A stretch of DNA of 42,675 bases, from the NCBI GenBank assembly GCA_018065925.1, contig JAGHSI010000015.1:1-42675 (forward strand), read 5' to 3'. The stretch is from Candidatus Limimonas coprohippi (GTDB lineage Bacteria > Bacillota > Clostridia > Oscillospirales > Acutalibacteraceae). Under the pieces are notes generated by a model. That model worked only from the letters and a program-made list of their open reading frames with translations, was not told the DNA's origin and ran no database searches. Made by a program: the position numbers and the translations under genes. Positions 1 to 8,527 of the stretch are shown one piece after another; position 1 is the first letter of the stretch, and every line of letters begins with the position of its first letter.

Positions 1-21
1 ATTATATATAGGAGGTATATT

Positions 22-483
22 ATGGCTGATTGTAAAAAGTGTGGAGCCGAGCTCAATGGTGAAAACAAATTTTGCCCTTCATGCGGTGCTACTGTAGAAG
101 AGTCATCAGATTTCAAAAAGAAGGTTGCTGACTTAAATAATACTGAGGATACAACCACAGAGTTTGATCCTGAGGACATTGAAAAGAATAAAATCTTTGC
201 TGTTTTAGCCTATTTAAGTTGGCTTATCCTTATTCCTATTTTTGTAGCAAAGGATTCAAAATTTGCAAGATATCACGCAAATCAAGGTCTTGTTCTTGCG
301 ATTTCTGCAACTGTTGGACTTGTGCTTTTAAGTCTACTTCCAAATATTGCTATAATAAGGCTTGTTGTTTCGCTTTTTGAAATTGTAGTATGGGTTATCG
401 ATATTATCGGACTCTATAATGCAGCTACAGGTAGAGCAAAAGAACTCCCGATTATAGGCAAATTTAGAATTCTTAATTATTAA
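22..483 (+). CDS. Zinc-ribbon membrane protein (N-terminal CxxC...CxxC ribbon plus C-terminal DUF4870-like transmembrane domain)
   Basis: AGGAGG lies 6 nt upstream of the ATG. N-terminus is CKKCGAELNGENKFCPSCGA. The hydrophobic C-terminal half carries a YHANQGL motif typical of DUF4870-like proteins. Confidence 0.8.
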   Translation: MADCKKCGAELNGENKFCPSCGATVEESSDFKKKVADLNNTEDTTTEFDPEDIEKNKIFAVLAYLSWLILIPIFVAKDSKFARYHANQGLVLAISATVGLVLLSLLPNIAIIRLVVSLFEIVVWVIDIIGLYNAATGRAKELPIIGKFRILNY

Positions 484-495
484 TGAAAAAAATAC

Positions 496-524
496 TTGCA
501 ATTTGTAATCCTTTTTGTTAAACT
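496..524 (+). promoter_or_regulatory. Sigma-A type promoter for rpmB
   Basis: TTGCAA (-35), 17-nt spacer, TGtTAAACT (extended -10), about 55 nt upstream of rpmB. Confidence 0.55.
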
Positions 525-581
525 AATTCTTGCTGTATTTCAAGTGGCGTAGCCACAATAGTTTAAGGGAGGTGCCGAATC

Positions 582-767
582 ATGGCAAAATGCGAGTACT
601 GCGGTAAGGATGTATCCTTCGGCATTAAGGTTTCTCATTCACACAGACGTTCAAATAGAACATGGAAGCCAAACGTTAAAAGAGTTAAAGCTATAGTTGA
701 CGGTTCTCCAAAGAGAGTATACGTTTGCACACGTTGCCTTCGTTCAGGAAAGGTTCAGCGCGCATAA
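582..767 (+). CDS. rpmB: 50S ribosomal protein L28
   Basis: 61 aa: MAKCEYCGK..SHSHRRSNRTWKPNVKRV..CTRCLRSGKV, a typical L28. GGGAGG RBS. Confidence 0.97.
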   Translation: MAKCEYCGKDVSFGIKVSHSHRRSNRTWKPNVKRVKAIVDGSPKRVYVCTRCLRSGKVQRA

Positions 768-781
768 TTAGCAAAATTAAA

Positions 782-806
782 GGGGATACTAAAAGTACCC
801 CCTTTC
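782..806 (+). terminator. Weak hairpin after rpmB (partial terminator or processing site ahead of the tRNA)
   Basis: GGGG(A)TAC-taaaa-GTACCCC stem followed by CTTTCATAT. The U-tract is poor. Confidence 0.4.
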
Positions 807-810
807 ATAT

Positions 811-884
811 AGCGGAATAGTGTAACGGTAACACGACTGACTCTGACTCAGTTATTTGGGGTTCGAATCCCTATTCCGCTGCCA
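811..884 (+). tRNA. tRNA-Gln (anticodon CUG), CCA encoded
   Basis: Manual cloverleaf fold. Acceptor AGCGGAA/TTCCGCT, D stem GTGT/ACAC, anticodon stem ACTGA/TCAGT with loop CT-CTG-AC, T arm TGGGG-TTCGAAT-CCCTA, discriminator G plus CCA. Confidence 0.88.
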
Positions 885-892
885 AAGTAATT

Positions 893-929
893 GCCTGATT
901 TGTCTACCAGACAGATCAGGCGATTTTTT
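893..929 (+). terminator. Rho-independent terminator after tRNA-Gln
   Basis: GCCTGATTTGTCT-acc-AGACAGATCAGGC (13-bp stem with one G-U pair) followed by GATTTTTTG. Confidence 0.85.
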
Positions 930-930
930 G

Positions 931-959
931 TTGTCTGACAAAATGTACTATGGTAAAAT
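931..959 (+). promoter_or_regulatory. Candidate promoter for the hydrolase gene
   Basis: TTGTCT (-35), 17-nt spacer, TGgTAAAAT (extended -10). Confidence 0.45.
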
Positions 960-1087
960 ATAAACGGAAGAAATTTCCTCGAACACGGCGTGATCATGCA
1001 GGAGCAGCACGACAAGATCCTGCACGACCTGACCGTGAAGATGGGATACGAAATAAAAAATAATTTCAAAAGTTGAGGGAACGATAT

Positions 1088-2344
1088 ATGGAAAAATCAC
1101 GAAATATGAATACCAAGAGAGTTATCTGCGCTTTTCTGATAGTTGTTCTGCTGGTCGTAACATTGAGCGCATGCGGCAAAAAGCCGTTTGAAGTGCGTAG
1201 AGTTGACGATTATTTTTATGAGGTGGGAACATACACTTCACTTGATTATGATTTTGTTAACGACTATTTTGCCAAAAATAATGACAACTGGGGTGGCGGC
1301 TGTTCAGCCGTTTCGGTAGATATAAACGGAACACGGCTTGTCGGCAGAAATATGGACCTGAATATATCCAACAAGTGTGCTTATGTTGTTCGTACAGATA
1401 TTTCGGGCAAGTACGAAACATTCGGACTTGCATACACATTCAGAGATATTTCTCCTGACTATGAGGTTGTTAAGAAGGACGGACTCGGAGACACATTTGA
1501 GAAGATTCTTCCGTTTATGTGCGATGATGTTGTTAACAGCGAGGGACTTCATATTGAAATCAATATGAGACATGGTGAGACAGACGAAAACGGAAACGAT
1601 ATTTTCGGTGTAGAGCATACAAATAAAAACGCGTCGGACAGAGTTTATGTCTTTAATCTCGGACAGTACATTGCTTTGAACTGCAAGGATCTTGATGCTG
1701 TCAGAGAATACCTTGAAAAAGATGTTGATGTTTATACGCAGAAGAATTACTGGAGCTATGCGTTTGTCATTACCGATGCTAAAGGCAACAGCGCACTTCT
1801 TGAGTTTGGCAACGGAAAGTATTATTGGGTAGAAAGAGACGAAAACGGCGTTGTAGCTCAGACAAACTTTTACGTTAACGAAGAATGCAATGCAAAAGAG
1901 GACATCAAGACAGGCCTTGGCAGATACGATACCATCATGAGCGGAATTAAAGATGTGAATAGTGCAAATGATCTCTACGAGCTTATGAAAAAAATATCTT
2001 ATTCATGGTACTATTCTGATTATGATGACTGCAAAAAGAATCACTTTGACCCGAGAAGTGAAATCATCGGTGAAGAAAACGATGCGGGCATTGATCTGAC
2101 ATACGATTTTGTTATGGCTGCAAAAACTGAAGAACTGATTTCTGCATTCTTGACTCAATCGGGTGAATATGTAAATTCATTGTCCAGGGATGAGAAGCAA
2201 GCACAAAATATATATTGGGAATCAACCTTTACGGAGATTGTTAATCCTGCTGAAAAGACAATTCAGGTTCGTTTGTTTGAAAACGAATCAAATTTGTATA
2301 GGATAACATTTGACGGAATAGAGAAAATCACCGAAATCGAATGA
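1088..2344 (+). CDS. Lipoprotein of the linear amide C-N hydrolase family (choloylglycine hydrolase / penicillin V acylase-like Ntn hydrolase)
   Basis: ATG at 1088 follows a GAGGGA RBS. The track start at 1073 is a TTG inside that RBS. Signal peptide has lipobox LSAC. The motif GGGC-SAVSVDINGTRLVGRNMDLN matches the nucleophile Cys and GRNxD signature of the CBAH family. Confidence 0.8.
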   Translation: MEKSRNMNTKRVICAFLIVVLLVVTLSACGKKPFEVRRVDDYFYEVGTYTSLDYDFVNDYFAKNNDNWGGGCSAVSVDINGTRLVGRNMDLNISNKCAYVVRTDISGKYETFGLAYTFRDISPDYEVVKKDGLGDTFEKILPFMCDDVVNSEGLHIEINMRHGETDENGNDIFGVEHTNKNASDRVYVFNLGQYIALNCKDLDAVREYLEKDVDVYTQKNYWSYAFVITDAKGNSALLEFGNGKYYWVERDENGVVAQTNFYVNEECNAKEDIKTGLGRYDTIMSGIKDVNSANDLYELMKKISYSWYYSDYDDCKKNHFDPRSEIIGEENDAGIDLTYDFVMAAKTEELISAFLTQSGEYVNSLSRDEKQAQNIYWESTFTEIVNPAEKTIQVRLFENESNLYRITFDGIEKITEIE

Positions 2345-2373
2345 ATTTATGCTTGGGGCAAATACGGTATAAA

Positions 2374-2401
2374 AAGAGAAGGCAATTGCCTTCTCTTTTT
2401 T
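2374..2401 (+). terminator. Rho-independent terminator
   Basis: AAGAGAAGGCAATTGCCTTCTCTT perfect palindromic hairpin followed by a T-run. Confidence 0.88.
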
Positions 2402-2503
2402 ATTTAGCTTTTTATAAAAATAGGAGATAAGGCCGCTCGTCGAAACATAATATACCATTCGTCCTATTTTTTGGACATCGAGCTTAAAAAACCGAAAAAA
2501 TTG

Positions 2504-2532
2504 TTGCTTTTCTATTTTCCTCAATATATAAT
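2504..2532 (+). promoter_or_regulatory. recA promoter
   Basis: TTGCTT (-35), 17-nt spacer, TATAAT (-10). Confidence 0.5.
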
Positions 2533-2542
2533 GTAACCATAC

Positions 2543-2565
2543 CGAACATTTGTGTTTAATGTTCG
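2543..2565 (+). promoter_or_regulatory. Inverted repeat CGAACATT-N7-AATGTTCG just downstream of the recA -10 (candidate LexA/SOS operator with atypical spacing)
   Basis: Perfect 8-bp inverted repeat whose outer CGAAC/GTTCG arms match Cheo-box half-sites. The spacing is not the canonical GAAC-N4-GTTC. Confidence 0.4.
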
Positions 2566-2594
2566 AAGCTCTTTTGTTTACGGAGGATTATAAT

Positions 2595-3734
2595 ATGGCA
2601 GATAAGAATAAGGCTCTTGAAACTGCGATTGCCCAAATTGAAAGACAGTATGGTAAGGGTGCTATTATGCGCCTCGGACAGAATGCCAACTTAAATGTTG
2701 AAGCCATTTCTACAGGCTCATTTACTCTCGATATTGCTACGGGTATTGGCGGTTTACCAAAGGGCCGTATTATTGAGATCTATGGTCCAGAATCATCAGG
2801 TAAAACCACTCTCGCTCTCCACGCTGTTGCTGAGGCACAGAAAGTTGGTGGCGAAGCTGCATTTATCGATGCTGAGCACGCCCTTGATCCTGTATATGCT
2901 GCAAATCTTGGCGTAGATGTTGACTCACTCCTTGTGGCTCAGCCGGATAATGGTGAACAGGCTCTTGAAATTGCCGAGTCACTTGTTCGCTCGGGCGCTA
3001 TTGATATTTTGGTAGTAGACTCAGTTGCTGCCCTTGTTCCTCGCGCTGAAATTGAAGGTGAGATGGGTGACTCTCATGTTGGTCTTCATGCTCGTCTTAT
3101 GTCTCAAGCACTCCGTAAACTTGCAGGTGCTGTATCAAAGTCAAATTGTATTATCATTTTCATCAACCAGCTCCGTGAAAAGGTTGGCGTTATGTACGGT
3201 AACCCAGAAGTAACAACTGGTGGTCGTGCTCTTAAATTCTACGCATCTATGCGTATTGATGTACGTAAGATTGAACAGCTTAAGGCTCCAGGAAATGAGT
3301 TTGTAGGTTCACGTACACGTGCACGTATTGTTAAGAATAAAGTTGCCCCTCCATTCAAAGAGGCAGAGTTCGATATTATTTATGGTCGTGGAATAGCAAA
3401 AGAAGGCGAAATCCTTGATGCCGCTGTATCTCTTGATATTATCCATAAGTCGGGTGCTTGGTTCTCTTATGGTGACCAGCGTCTTGGACAGGGCCGTGAA
3501 AATGTCAAGCAGTATTTGCTTGATAATCCTGATTTCATGGCTGAAGTTGAAAAGCAGGTACAGGCTCATCTTTCTGAACTTTCAAATCAGATGAAAGCAT
3601 CATACAAAGGTGGTCAGATGCATGATACACCTGTAAACGCTCCTGCAAAAGTATCAGAGGAGGAGGCAACTCCAAAAACTCCTACATCAGCTGCTTCAGC
3701 AAAAGCAAAACTTGATATTACGGTGGATGACTAA
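2595..3734 (+). CDS. recA: Recombinase RecA
   Basis: ATG at 2595 follows GGAGGA. Contains [28 protein letters not shown], Walker [10 protein letters not shown] and the FINQLREK region. The C-terminal tail is low-complexity (Ala/Lys/Ser/Pro-rich) and extended. Confidence 0.97.
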   Translation: MADKNKALETAIAQIERQYGKGAIMRLGQNANLNVEAISTGSFTLDIATGIGGLPKGRIIEIYGPESSGKTTLALHAVAEAQKVGGEAAFIDAEHALDPVYAANLGVDVDSLLVAQPDNGEQALEIAESLVRSGAIDILVVDSVAALVPRAEIEGEMGDSHVGLHARLMSQALRKLAGAVSKSNCIIIFINQLREKVGVMYGNPEVTTGGRALKFYASMRIDVRKIEQLKAPGNEFVGSRTRARIVKNKVAPPFKEAEFDIIYGRGIAKEGEILDAAVSLDIIHKSGAWFSYGDQRLGQGRENVKQYLLDNPDFMAEVEKQVQAHLSELSNQMKASYKGGQMHDTPVNAPAKVSEEEATPKTPTSAASAKAKLDITVDD

Positions 3735-3735
3735 A

Positions 3736-4377
3736 ATGCTCTTAACTGCTAAACACGGTAGAGGAAATAAGATTCACTTATCAATTGACGGGGAATATGC
3801 CATAACAACAACCGAACGGGTATGGTATGATTCCCCGTTTTCGGATAATTATGAGATAAGTGAAGAGGAGTGGCGCGAACTCTGTGACACTATTAATTTC
3901 GAAAAGATGTACGAGCGTGCTCTAGATCTTTTAGAACTTCGCGACCACTCACAAAAAGAAATACTTGATAAGCTCGTCGTAAAGTTTGGGCTGGACAAAA
4001 AAGAACAAGCAAAGCTCGTTTTGGAGAAACTCTCCGAAAACGGTTTGCTTGATGATGAACATTTTGCTAGCATCTATGCCGACGAGCTTATAAGAAGAAA
4101 GCACGTAAGTCCAGCGGGATTGCGTGCCGCTTTGTCAGCTAAAGGAATAGACAGAAAAATATCTGATATCATCATTGAAGAAGCAAATATTGACTCGGTT
4201 GAGTCTATTAATATTTTGCTCGATACGAAATTCAAAACGGCTGACCTTCTTGATGAGAGACAGTGTGATAAAGTTGTCACCTCGCTTTATAGACTTGGCT
4301 TTATGCTCAGTGACATTCGAGATGTTCTCGCCGAACGTCAGCACATCCTCCGTCTCGAGCTTTTGGAAAATATGTAG
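3736..4377 (+). CDS. recX: Recombination regulator RecX
   Basis: Lies immediately downstream of recA. Helical-repeat protein containing ALDLLELRDHSQKEILDKL. The start is ambiguous: ATG 3736 is preferred because GGTGGA lies 8 nt upstream, with ATG 3727 as the alternative. Confidence 0.82.
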   Translation: MLLTAKHGRGNKIHLSIDGEYAITTTERVWYDSPFSDNYEISEEEWRELCDTINFEKMYERALDLLELRDHSQKEILDKLVVKFGLDKKEQAKLVLEKLSENGLLDDEHFASIYADELIRRKHVSPAGLRAALSAKGIDRKISDIIIEEANIDSVESINILLDTKFKTADLLDERQCDKVVTSLYRLGFMLSDIRDVLAERQHILRLELLENM

Positions 4378-4420
4378 AAATTTATTTGATATTTTTTACA
4401 CTAAACGGGTATAGGATTCC

Positions 4421-4449
4421 TTGCAAATAACTATATTTTAGTTTAATAT
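4421..4449 (+). promoter_or_regulatory. pgi promoter
   Basis: TTGCAA, 17-nt spacer, TAATAT. Confidence 0.5.
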
Positions 4450-4483
4450 ATAGTTAGTAAATATTATTAAAGGAGTCTTAAAC

Positions 4484-5821
4484 TTGCCTCTTAAGTTATT
4501 TGATAACTATCTTAAAAATTTCATATCAAATGATGAAATCCTGGGCATGCAGGCTGAAGTTACAGCTGCACATGAACTTCTCCATACAGGAAAGGGCCCT
4601 GGAAATGACTTCATAGGTTGGGTTGATCTTCCAGTTGATTATGATAAGGAAGAGTTTGCTCGCATTAAAGTGGCTGCAGACAAAATCAAGAAGAACTCAC
4701 AGGTGCTTGTTGTTATAGGTATCGGTGGTTCTTATCTTGGAGCGCGTGCAGCCATTGAATTTTGTAAGTCGCAAAATTACAACCTGCTCTGCAAAGATAC
4801 CCCACAGATTATCTTCTCCGGTAATACTATAAGTTCCACAACTTTAAATGAGATTATGGATCTTATCGACGGAAAAGACTTCTCGATAAATGTTATTTCA
4901 AAGTCTGGCACTACTACAGAGCCAGCCATCGCTTTCCGTGTATTCCGTGAACTTGCTATTGCAAAGTATGGTGAGGAAGGCGCGAAAGACCACATCTTCG
5001 TTACAACTGATAAAGCTCGTGGAACACTCAAAGCTCTTGCTGATGAGGTTGGATATGAGACTTTTGTAGTTCCAGATGATGTTGGTGGTCGTTACTCAGT
5101 ACTCACAGCAGTTGGACTTCTTCCTATTGCTGTCGCTGGTATCGATATTGATGCTCTTATGAAGGGCGCACAGGATGCTCGCGTTGCTTTCTGCGACGCT
5201 GACATAGAGAAGAATGACTGCTATAAGTACGCTGCTATTCGTAACGTTCTTGCTCGCAAAGGTAAAACAGTTGAAATGATGGTTTCTTATGAGCCTTCAT
5301 ATACCATGATGAATGAATGGTTTAAGCAGCTTTATGGTGAATCAGAGGGTAAAGACGGAAAGGGAATATTCCCTGCATCTGCTATCTTCTCAACTGATCT
5401 TCACAGCCTTGGTCAGTATATTCAGGATGGTCAGAGACTTCTCTTTGAGACGGTAGTTACTTTCAAAAATCCTACACGTGAATATATCATTAAAGAGGAT
5501 GCTGCAAACGTTGATGGACTTAACTTCCTTGCTGGTCGTGGAATGTCTTTCGTAAATCGCAAGGCTTTTGAGGGTACTGTACTTGCTCACAACGATGGTG
5601 GAGTTCCGAATATCGTTCTTGAGGCGGACGCCATGAACGAATATGAACTTGGCTATATGATTTATTTCTTTGAAAAAGCTTGTGCTATTTCCGGTTATAT
5701 TCTTGGTGTAAATCCATTTGATCAACCGGGTGTAGAGAGCTATAAGAAGAACATGTTTGCTCTTCTTGGTAAGCCTGGCTATGAGAATGAAAAAGCTGCT
5801 CTTGAAGCTAGACTTAAATAA
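4484..5821 (+). CDS. pgi: Glucose-6-phosphate isomerase (short Bacillus-type)
   Basis: TTG start with AAGGAG 8 nt upstream. Collinear from residue 1 with the remembered B. subtilis Pgi ([60 protein letters not shown]). Confidence 0.95.
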   Translation: MPLKLFDNYLKNFISNDEILGMQAEVTAAHELLHTGKGPGNDFIGWVDLPVDYDKEEFARIKVAADKIKKNSQVLVVIGIGGSYLGARAAIEFCKSQNYNLLCKDTPQIIFSGNTISSTTLNEIMDLIDGKDFSINVISKSGTTTEPAIAFRVFRELAIAKYGEEGAKDHIFVTTDKARGTLKALADEVGYETFVVPDDVGGRYSVLTAVGLLPIAVAGIDIDALMKGAQDARVAFCDADIEKNDCYKYAAIRNVLARKGKTVEMMVSYEPSYTMMNEWFKQLYGESEGKDGKGIFPASAIFSTDLHSLGQYIQDGQRLLFETVVTFKNPTREYIIKEDAANVDGLNFLAGRGMSFVNRKAFEGTVLAHNDGGVPNIVLEADAMNEYELGYMIYFFEKACAISGYILGVNPFDQPGVESYKKNMFALLGKPGYENEKAALEARLK

Positions 5822-5867
5822 TTTTGAAAATTATCTAATTTTAATATTTTATTAGGAGGTAGATACT

Positions 5868-6284
5868 ATGGTATCACTTATTATCGGCCACAAAGGCTCA
5901 GGAAAAACTAAGAAACTTATCGACGCAGTAAACGCTGCACGCGAGGCATCAAACGGTAACGTTATCTGTATTGAAAAGGGCAGCAAACTTTCAAACGACG
6001 TTAAGTACACAGTACGTCTTGTTTCTGCTGACGAATATAAGATTTCTGGTTATGACGCATATTATGGATTCCTTGCTGGTATGTGCGCTGGCGACTCTGA
6101 TATTACAGATATCCTTGCTGATGGCACACTTAAAATTGGCGGCGAAATCGGTGATGAATTCCTTGAGTTCTTCAAGAAGGTAGCAGCTCTTTCAGAAGCA
6201 GCTGGCACAAAGTTCACATTCACAGTTTCAGCTGATGAAGAAGAACTTCCAAGCGAGCTCTTTGACTTCTGCCAGAAGGCATAA
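5868..6284 (+). CDS. Small P-loop NTPase-like protein of unknown function (138 aa)
   Basis: AGGAGG RBS. N-terminal Walker A GHKGSGKT. No other recognisable domain. Acidic C-terminus. Confidence 0.72.
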   Translation: MVSLIIGHKGSGKTKKLIDAVNAAREASNGNVICIEKGSKLSNDVKYTVRLVSADEYKISGYDAYYGFLAGMCAGDSDITDILADGTLKIGGEIGDEFLEFFKKVAALSEAAGTKFTFTVSADEEELPSELFDFCQKA

Positions 6285-6301
6285 TTTAACTGGAATTTTT
6301 A

Positions 6302-6329
6302 AGGGCGGGGAGCTGGTTCTTCCTGCCCT
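6302..6329 (+). terminator. Hairpin after the P-loop gene (weak terminator)
   Basis: 11-bp stem AGGGCGGGGAG/CTTCCTGCCCT with two G-U pairs. It is followed by AAAATTTTG, so there is no clean U-tract. Confidence 0.4.
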
Positions 6330-6338
6330 AAAATTTTG

Positions 6339-6367
6339 TTGACTTTATATATTTAAAGTTATATAAT
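6339..6367 (+). promoter_or_regulatory. Promoter of the yceD-rpmF operon
   Basis: TTGACT, 17-nt spacer, TATAAT. Confidence 0.58.
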
Positions 6368-6395
6368 TCATTGTACGCGCAAAGGCGGTGACTTT

Positions 6396-6896
6396 ATGTT
6401 TGAAATAAACCTTGAACCTCTGTTTAATGGAGCAAGTTCAAAAATTCAAGTTGATCACGCTCTCGATTTGAGCGACATTGAAATTTCAGACTCAAAGCCT
6501 ATGACTTCACCTTGTATGATAAAAGGTGTAATCAAGAATGAAACAGATATTGTTTCTATCTCTGCTTTGATTACAGTTTTATATTCCGGAAATTGTGATC
6601 GCTGTGCTAAAGAGGTAACTAAAGAATTTACCATTCCGATGGAACATACTTTTGTGACCGAGTTGAACGACAACCAAAACGACGAGTTTATTCTCGTGCC
6701 AACCATGCGATTCGACTTGGAAGGACTGGCGACTGAAGATGTTCTTCTTTATTTACCAACCAAGTTCCTCTGCGATGATGACTGTAAGGGAATCTGTCCT
6801 CAGTGCGGAAAGAACTTAAACGATGGTCCTTGTGGCTGTAAGAAAGAGATTGATCCACGCCTTGCGGCTTTACAATCTTTGCTCGAGGACGAATAA
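6396..6896 (+). CDS. YceD/DUF177 family protein (large-subunit ribosome accumulation protein)
   Basis: Conserved position directly upstream of rpmF. C-terminal CKGICPQCGKNLNDGPCGC motif is typical of DUF177. Confidence 0.9.
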   Translation: MFEINLEPLFNGASSKIQVDHALDLSDIEISDSKPMTSPCMIKGVIKNETDIVSISALITVLYSGNCDRCAKEVTKEFTIPMEHTFVTELNDNQNDEFILVPTMRFDLEGLATEDVLLYLPTKFLCDDDCKGICPQCGKNLNDGPCGCKKEIDPRLAALQSLLEDE

Positions 6897-6938
6897 TTAA
6901 TTTTGTAATTTGTATATTTTGATAGGAGGGTTTACCCA

Positions 6939-7118
6939 ATGGCAGTACCAGCTAGAAGAGTTTCTAAGGCTCGTCGTGACAAGAGACGTTCAAACGTATG
7001 GAAGATGAACGCTCCAGAACTCGTAAAGTGCCCACAGTGCGGTGAATACAAAAGACCACACAGAGTTTGCCCAGAATGTGGTTATTACAACGGCAAACAG
7101 GTAATCGTAAAGGACTAA
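6939..7118 (+). CDS. rpmF: 50S ribosomal protein L32 (zinc-ribbon form); absent from the ORF track because it is 59 aa
   Basis: Manual translation gives MAVPARRVSKARRDKRRSNVWKMNAPELVKCPQCGEYKRPHRVCPECGYYNGKQVIVKD. GGAGGG RBS. Confidence 0.95.
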   Translation: MAVPARRVSKARRDKRRSNVWKMNAPELVKCPQCGEYKRPHRVCPECGYYNGKQVIVKD

Positions 7119-7139
7119 TCAAAATTTCTTTAGAGATTA

Positions 7140-7171
7140 AAGGTGGAGAAGGGGAACCTTCCCCACCTTTT
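7140..7171 (+). terminator. Rho-independent terminator after rpmF
   Basis: AAGGTGG-A-GAAGG gaa-loop CCTTC-C-CCACCTT stem followed by TTTT. It lies inside the 5' extension of track ORF 7143. Confidence 0.75.
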
Positions 7172-7196
7172 AGTCGTTTATAGAGAGGAGGACAGG

Positions 7197-8525
7197 ATGG
7201 CAGCAACAGTAATGAGTGTAGAACCGGGTTCTTATGCAGAACTACATGGTATAACACCGGGTTGTACACTTCTTAAACTTAATGGTCATGAAATAGTTGA
7301 TGTTCTTGACTACCGTTTTTACATGACTGAGAGGGTCTTAAAAGTGGCTTTTAAGACACCTGATGGTCTTATAAAACTTGTGAAGATCGAGAAAGATGAT
7401 GAGTATGATGACCTTGGTATAGAGTTTGAAACTTATCTCATAGATAAACAGCATTCTTGTAAAAACAAGTGTATTTTTTGCTTCATTGACCAGCTTCCAT
7501 CTGGTATGAGAGATAGTCTTTATTTTAAAGATGATGACTCAAGAATGTCTTTCTTCTATGGAAACTATATTACTTTAACAAATTTAACTGACTCTGATAT
7601 CGACCGTATTATCGAGATGCACATCAGCCCAGTAAACGTTTCTGTTCATACAATGAATCCCGAACTTCGTTGTATGATGATGAATAATCGCTTTGCAGGT
7701 GATAGCCTTCGCTATTTATATAAACTTGCAGAGGCTGGAATAAGCATAAACACCCAACTTGTTCTTTGCCCGGGGATTAATGATGGCGATGAACTTGTCT
7801 ATTCTATAAATGAACTTTATAAGCTCTATCCTTCTGTACAGAGTGTAGCTTGTGTACCGGTAGGGCTTACAAAACATCGCGAAGGTCTTTATGAACTTGA
7901 ACCTTATACACGCTATAAAGCGAAGAAGGTTATTGAAACTATTGATAATCTTTCTGAAAGGTTCAAGGCTGAAACTGGAAAGAGATTCTGCTATGCGGCG
8001 GATGAATTTTATTTGACTGCAGAACTTCCAATTCCAGAAGAGGAATACTACGATGGCTATCCACAACTCGATAATGGCGTAGGTCTTTTGAGACTTTTTG
8101 AGACAGATGTCTATGATGCTCTCTCTGAGGAGGCTCCTGTATTTCTTGAGAATAAAGTAATCTTCTCGCTTGTAGCGGGAAAGGCTGCCGAGAGTTTTAT
8201 TAGAAGCATGTCATGTGCAATTGAGACTCTTTTTGGAAGAAAACTTCAAGTAAATGTATATGGTATTGAAAATGTCTTCTTTGGTCATGATGTTACTGTT
8301 ACAGGCCTTTTGACAGGCGAAGATATTATTAGACAATTAAAAGGTAAAGACCTTGGTTCGATTCTTTTCTTGCCAAAAGTTCTCTTAAGAAGTGGAGAGA
8401 CGGTTCTCCTTGACGACGTCACAGTTGAGGATATTGAACGCGAACTTGGCGTTCCAGTTTGTATCATCGATAATGATGGATATGAATTTACAAAAACAAT
8501 TATTTCAAAGGCGAAGGAGGCGTAG
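7197..8525 (+). CDS. DUF512 / radical-SAM protein with N-terminal PDZ-like domain
   Basis: ATG 7197 follows GAGGAGG. The track start at 7143 falls inside the rpmF terminator. CKNKCIFC is a CX3CX2C radical-SAM motif. It sits immediately upstream of der, as in other Firmicutes. Confidence 0.85.
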   Translation: MAATVMSVEPGSYAELHGITPGCTLLKLNGHEIVDVLDYRFYMTERVLKVAFKTPDGLIKLVKIEKDDEYDDLGIEFETYLIDKQHSCKNKCIFCFIDQLPSGMRDSLYFKDDDSRMSFFYGNYITLTNLTDSDIDRIIEMHISPVNVSVHTMNPELRCMMMNNRFAGDSLRYLYKLAEAGISINTQLVLCPGINDGDELVYSINELYKLYPSVQSVACVPVGLTKHREGLYELEPYTRYKAKKVIETIDNLSERFKAETGKRFCYAADEFYLTAELPIPEEEYYDGYPQLDNGVGLLRLFETDVYDALSEEAPVFLENKVIFSLVAGKAAESFIRSMSCAIETLFGRKLQVNVYGIENVFFGHDVTVTGLLTGEDIIRQLKGKDLGSILFLPKVLLRSGETVLLDDVTVEDIERELGVPVCIIDNDGYEFTKTIISKAKEA

Positions 8526-8527
8526 AT

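Noticed and set aside
848-1069. 73-aa minus-strand ORF.
   Set aside because: It overlaps tRNA-Gln and its terminator on the opposite strand and is not plausible as a gene.
2288-2524. 78-aa minus-strand ORF between the hydrolase gene and recA.
   Set aside because: It spans a strong plus-strand terminator and the recA promoter. The translation is Phe/Lys/Tyr-rich, reflecting AT-rich intergenic DNA.
2543-2556. Canonical Cheo/LexA box at recA.
   Set aside because: The only N4-spaced candidate (CGAACATTTGTGTT) has about 3 mismatches to CGAACRNRYGTTYC. It is therefore reported as a non-canonical inverted repeat instead.
7143-7196. Track ORFs with extended 5' ends: 7143 for DUF512, 2550 for recA, 39997 for Nudix, 1073, 10082, 11326, 12035, 22740, 23324, 28650, 40784.
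   Set aside because: The extensions cross terminators or lack an SD. Downstream starts have good SD spacing and reproduce the canonical N-termini (RecA MADKNK, S12 PTFNQL, S7 PRRG).
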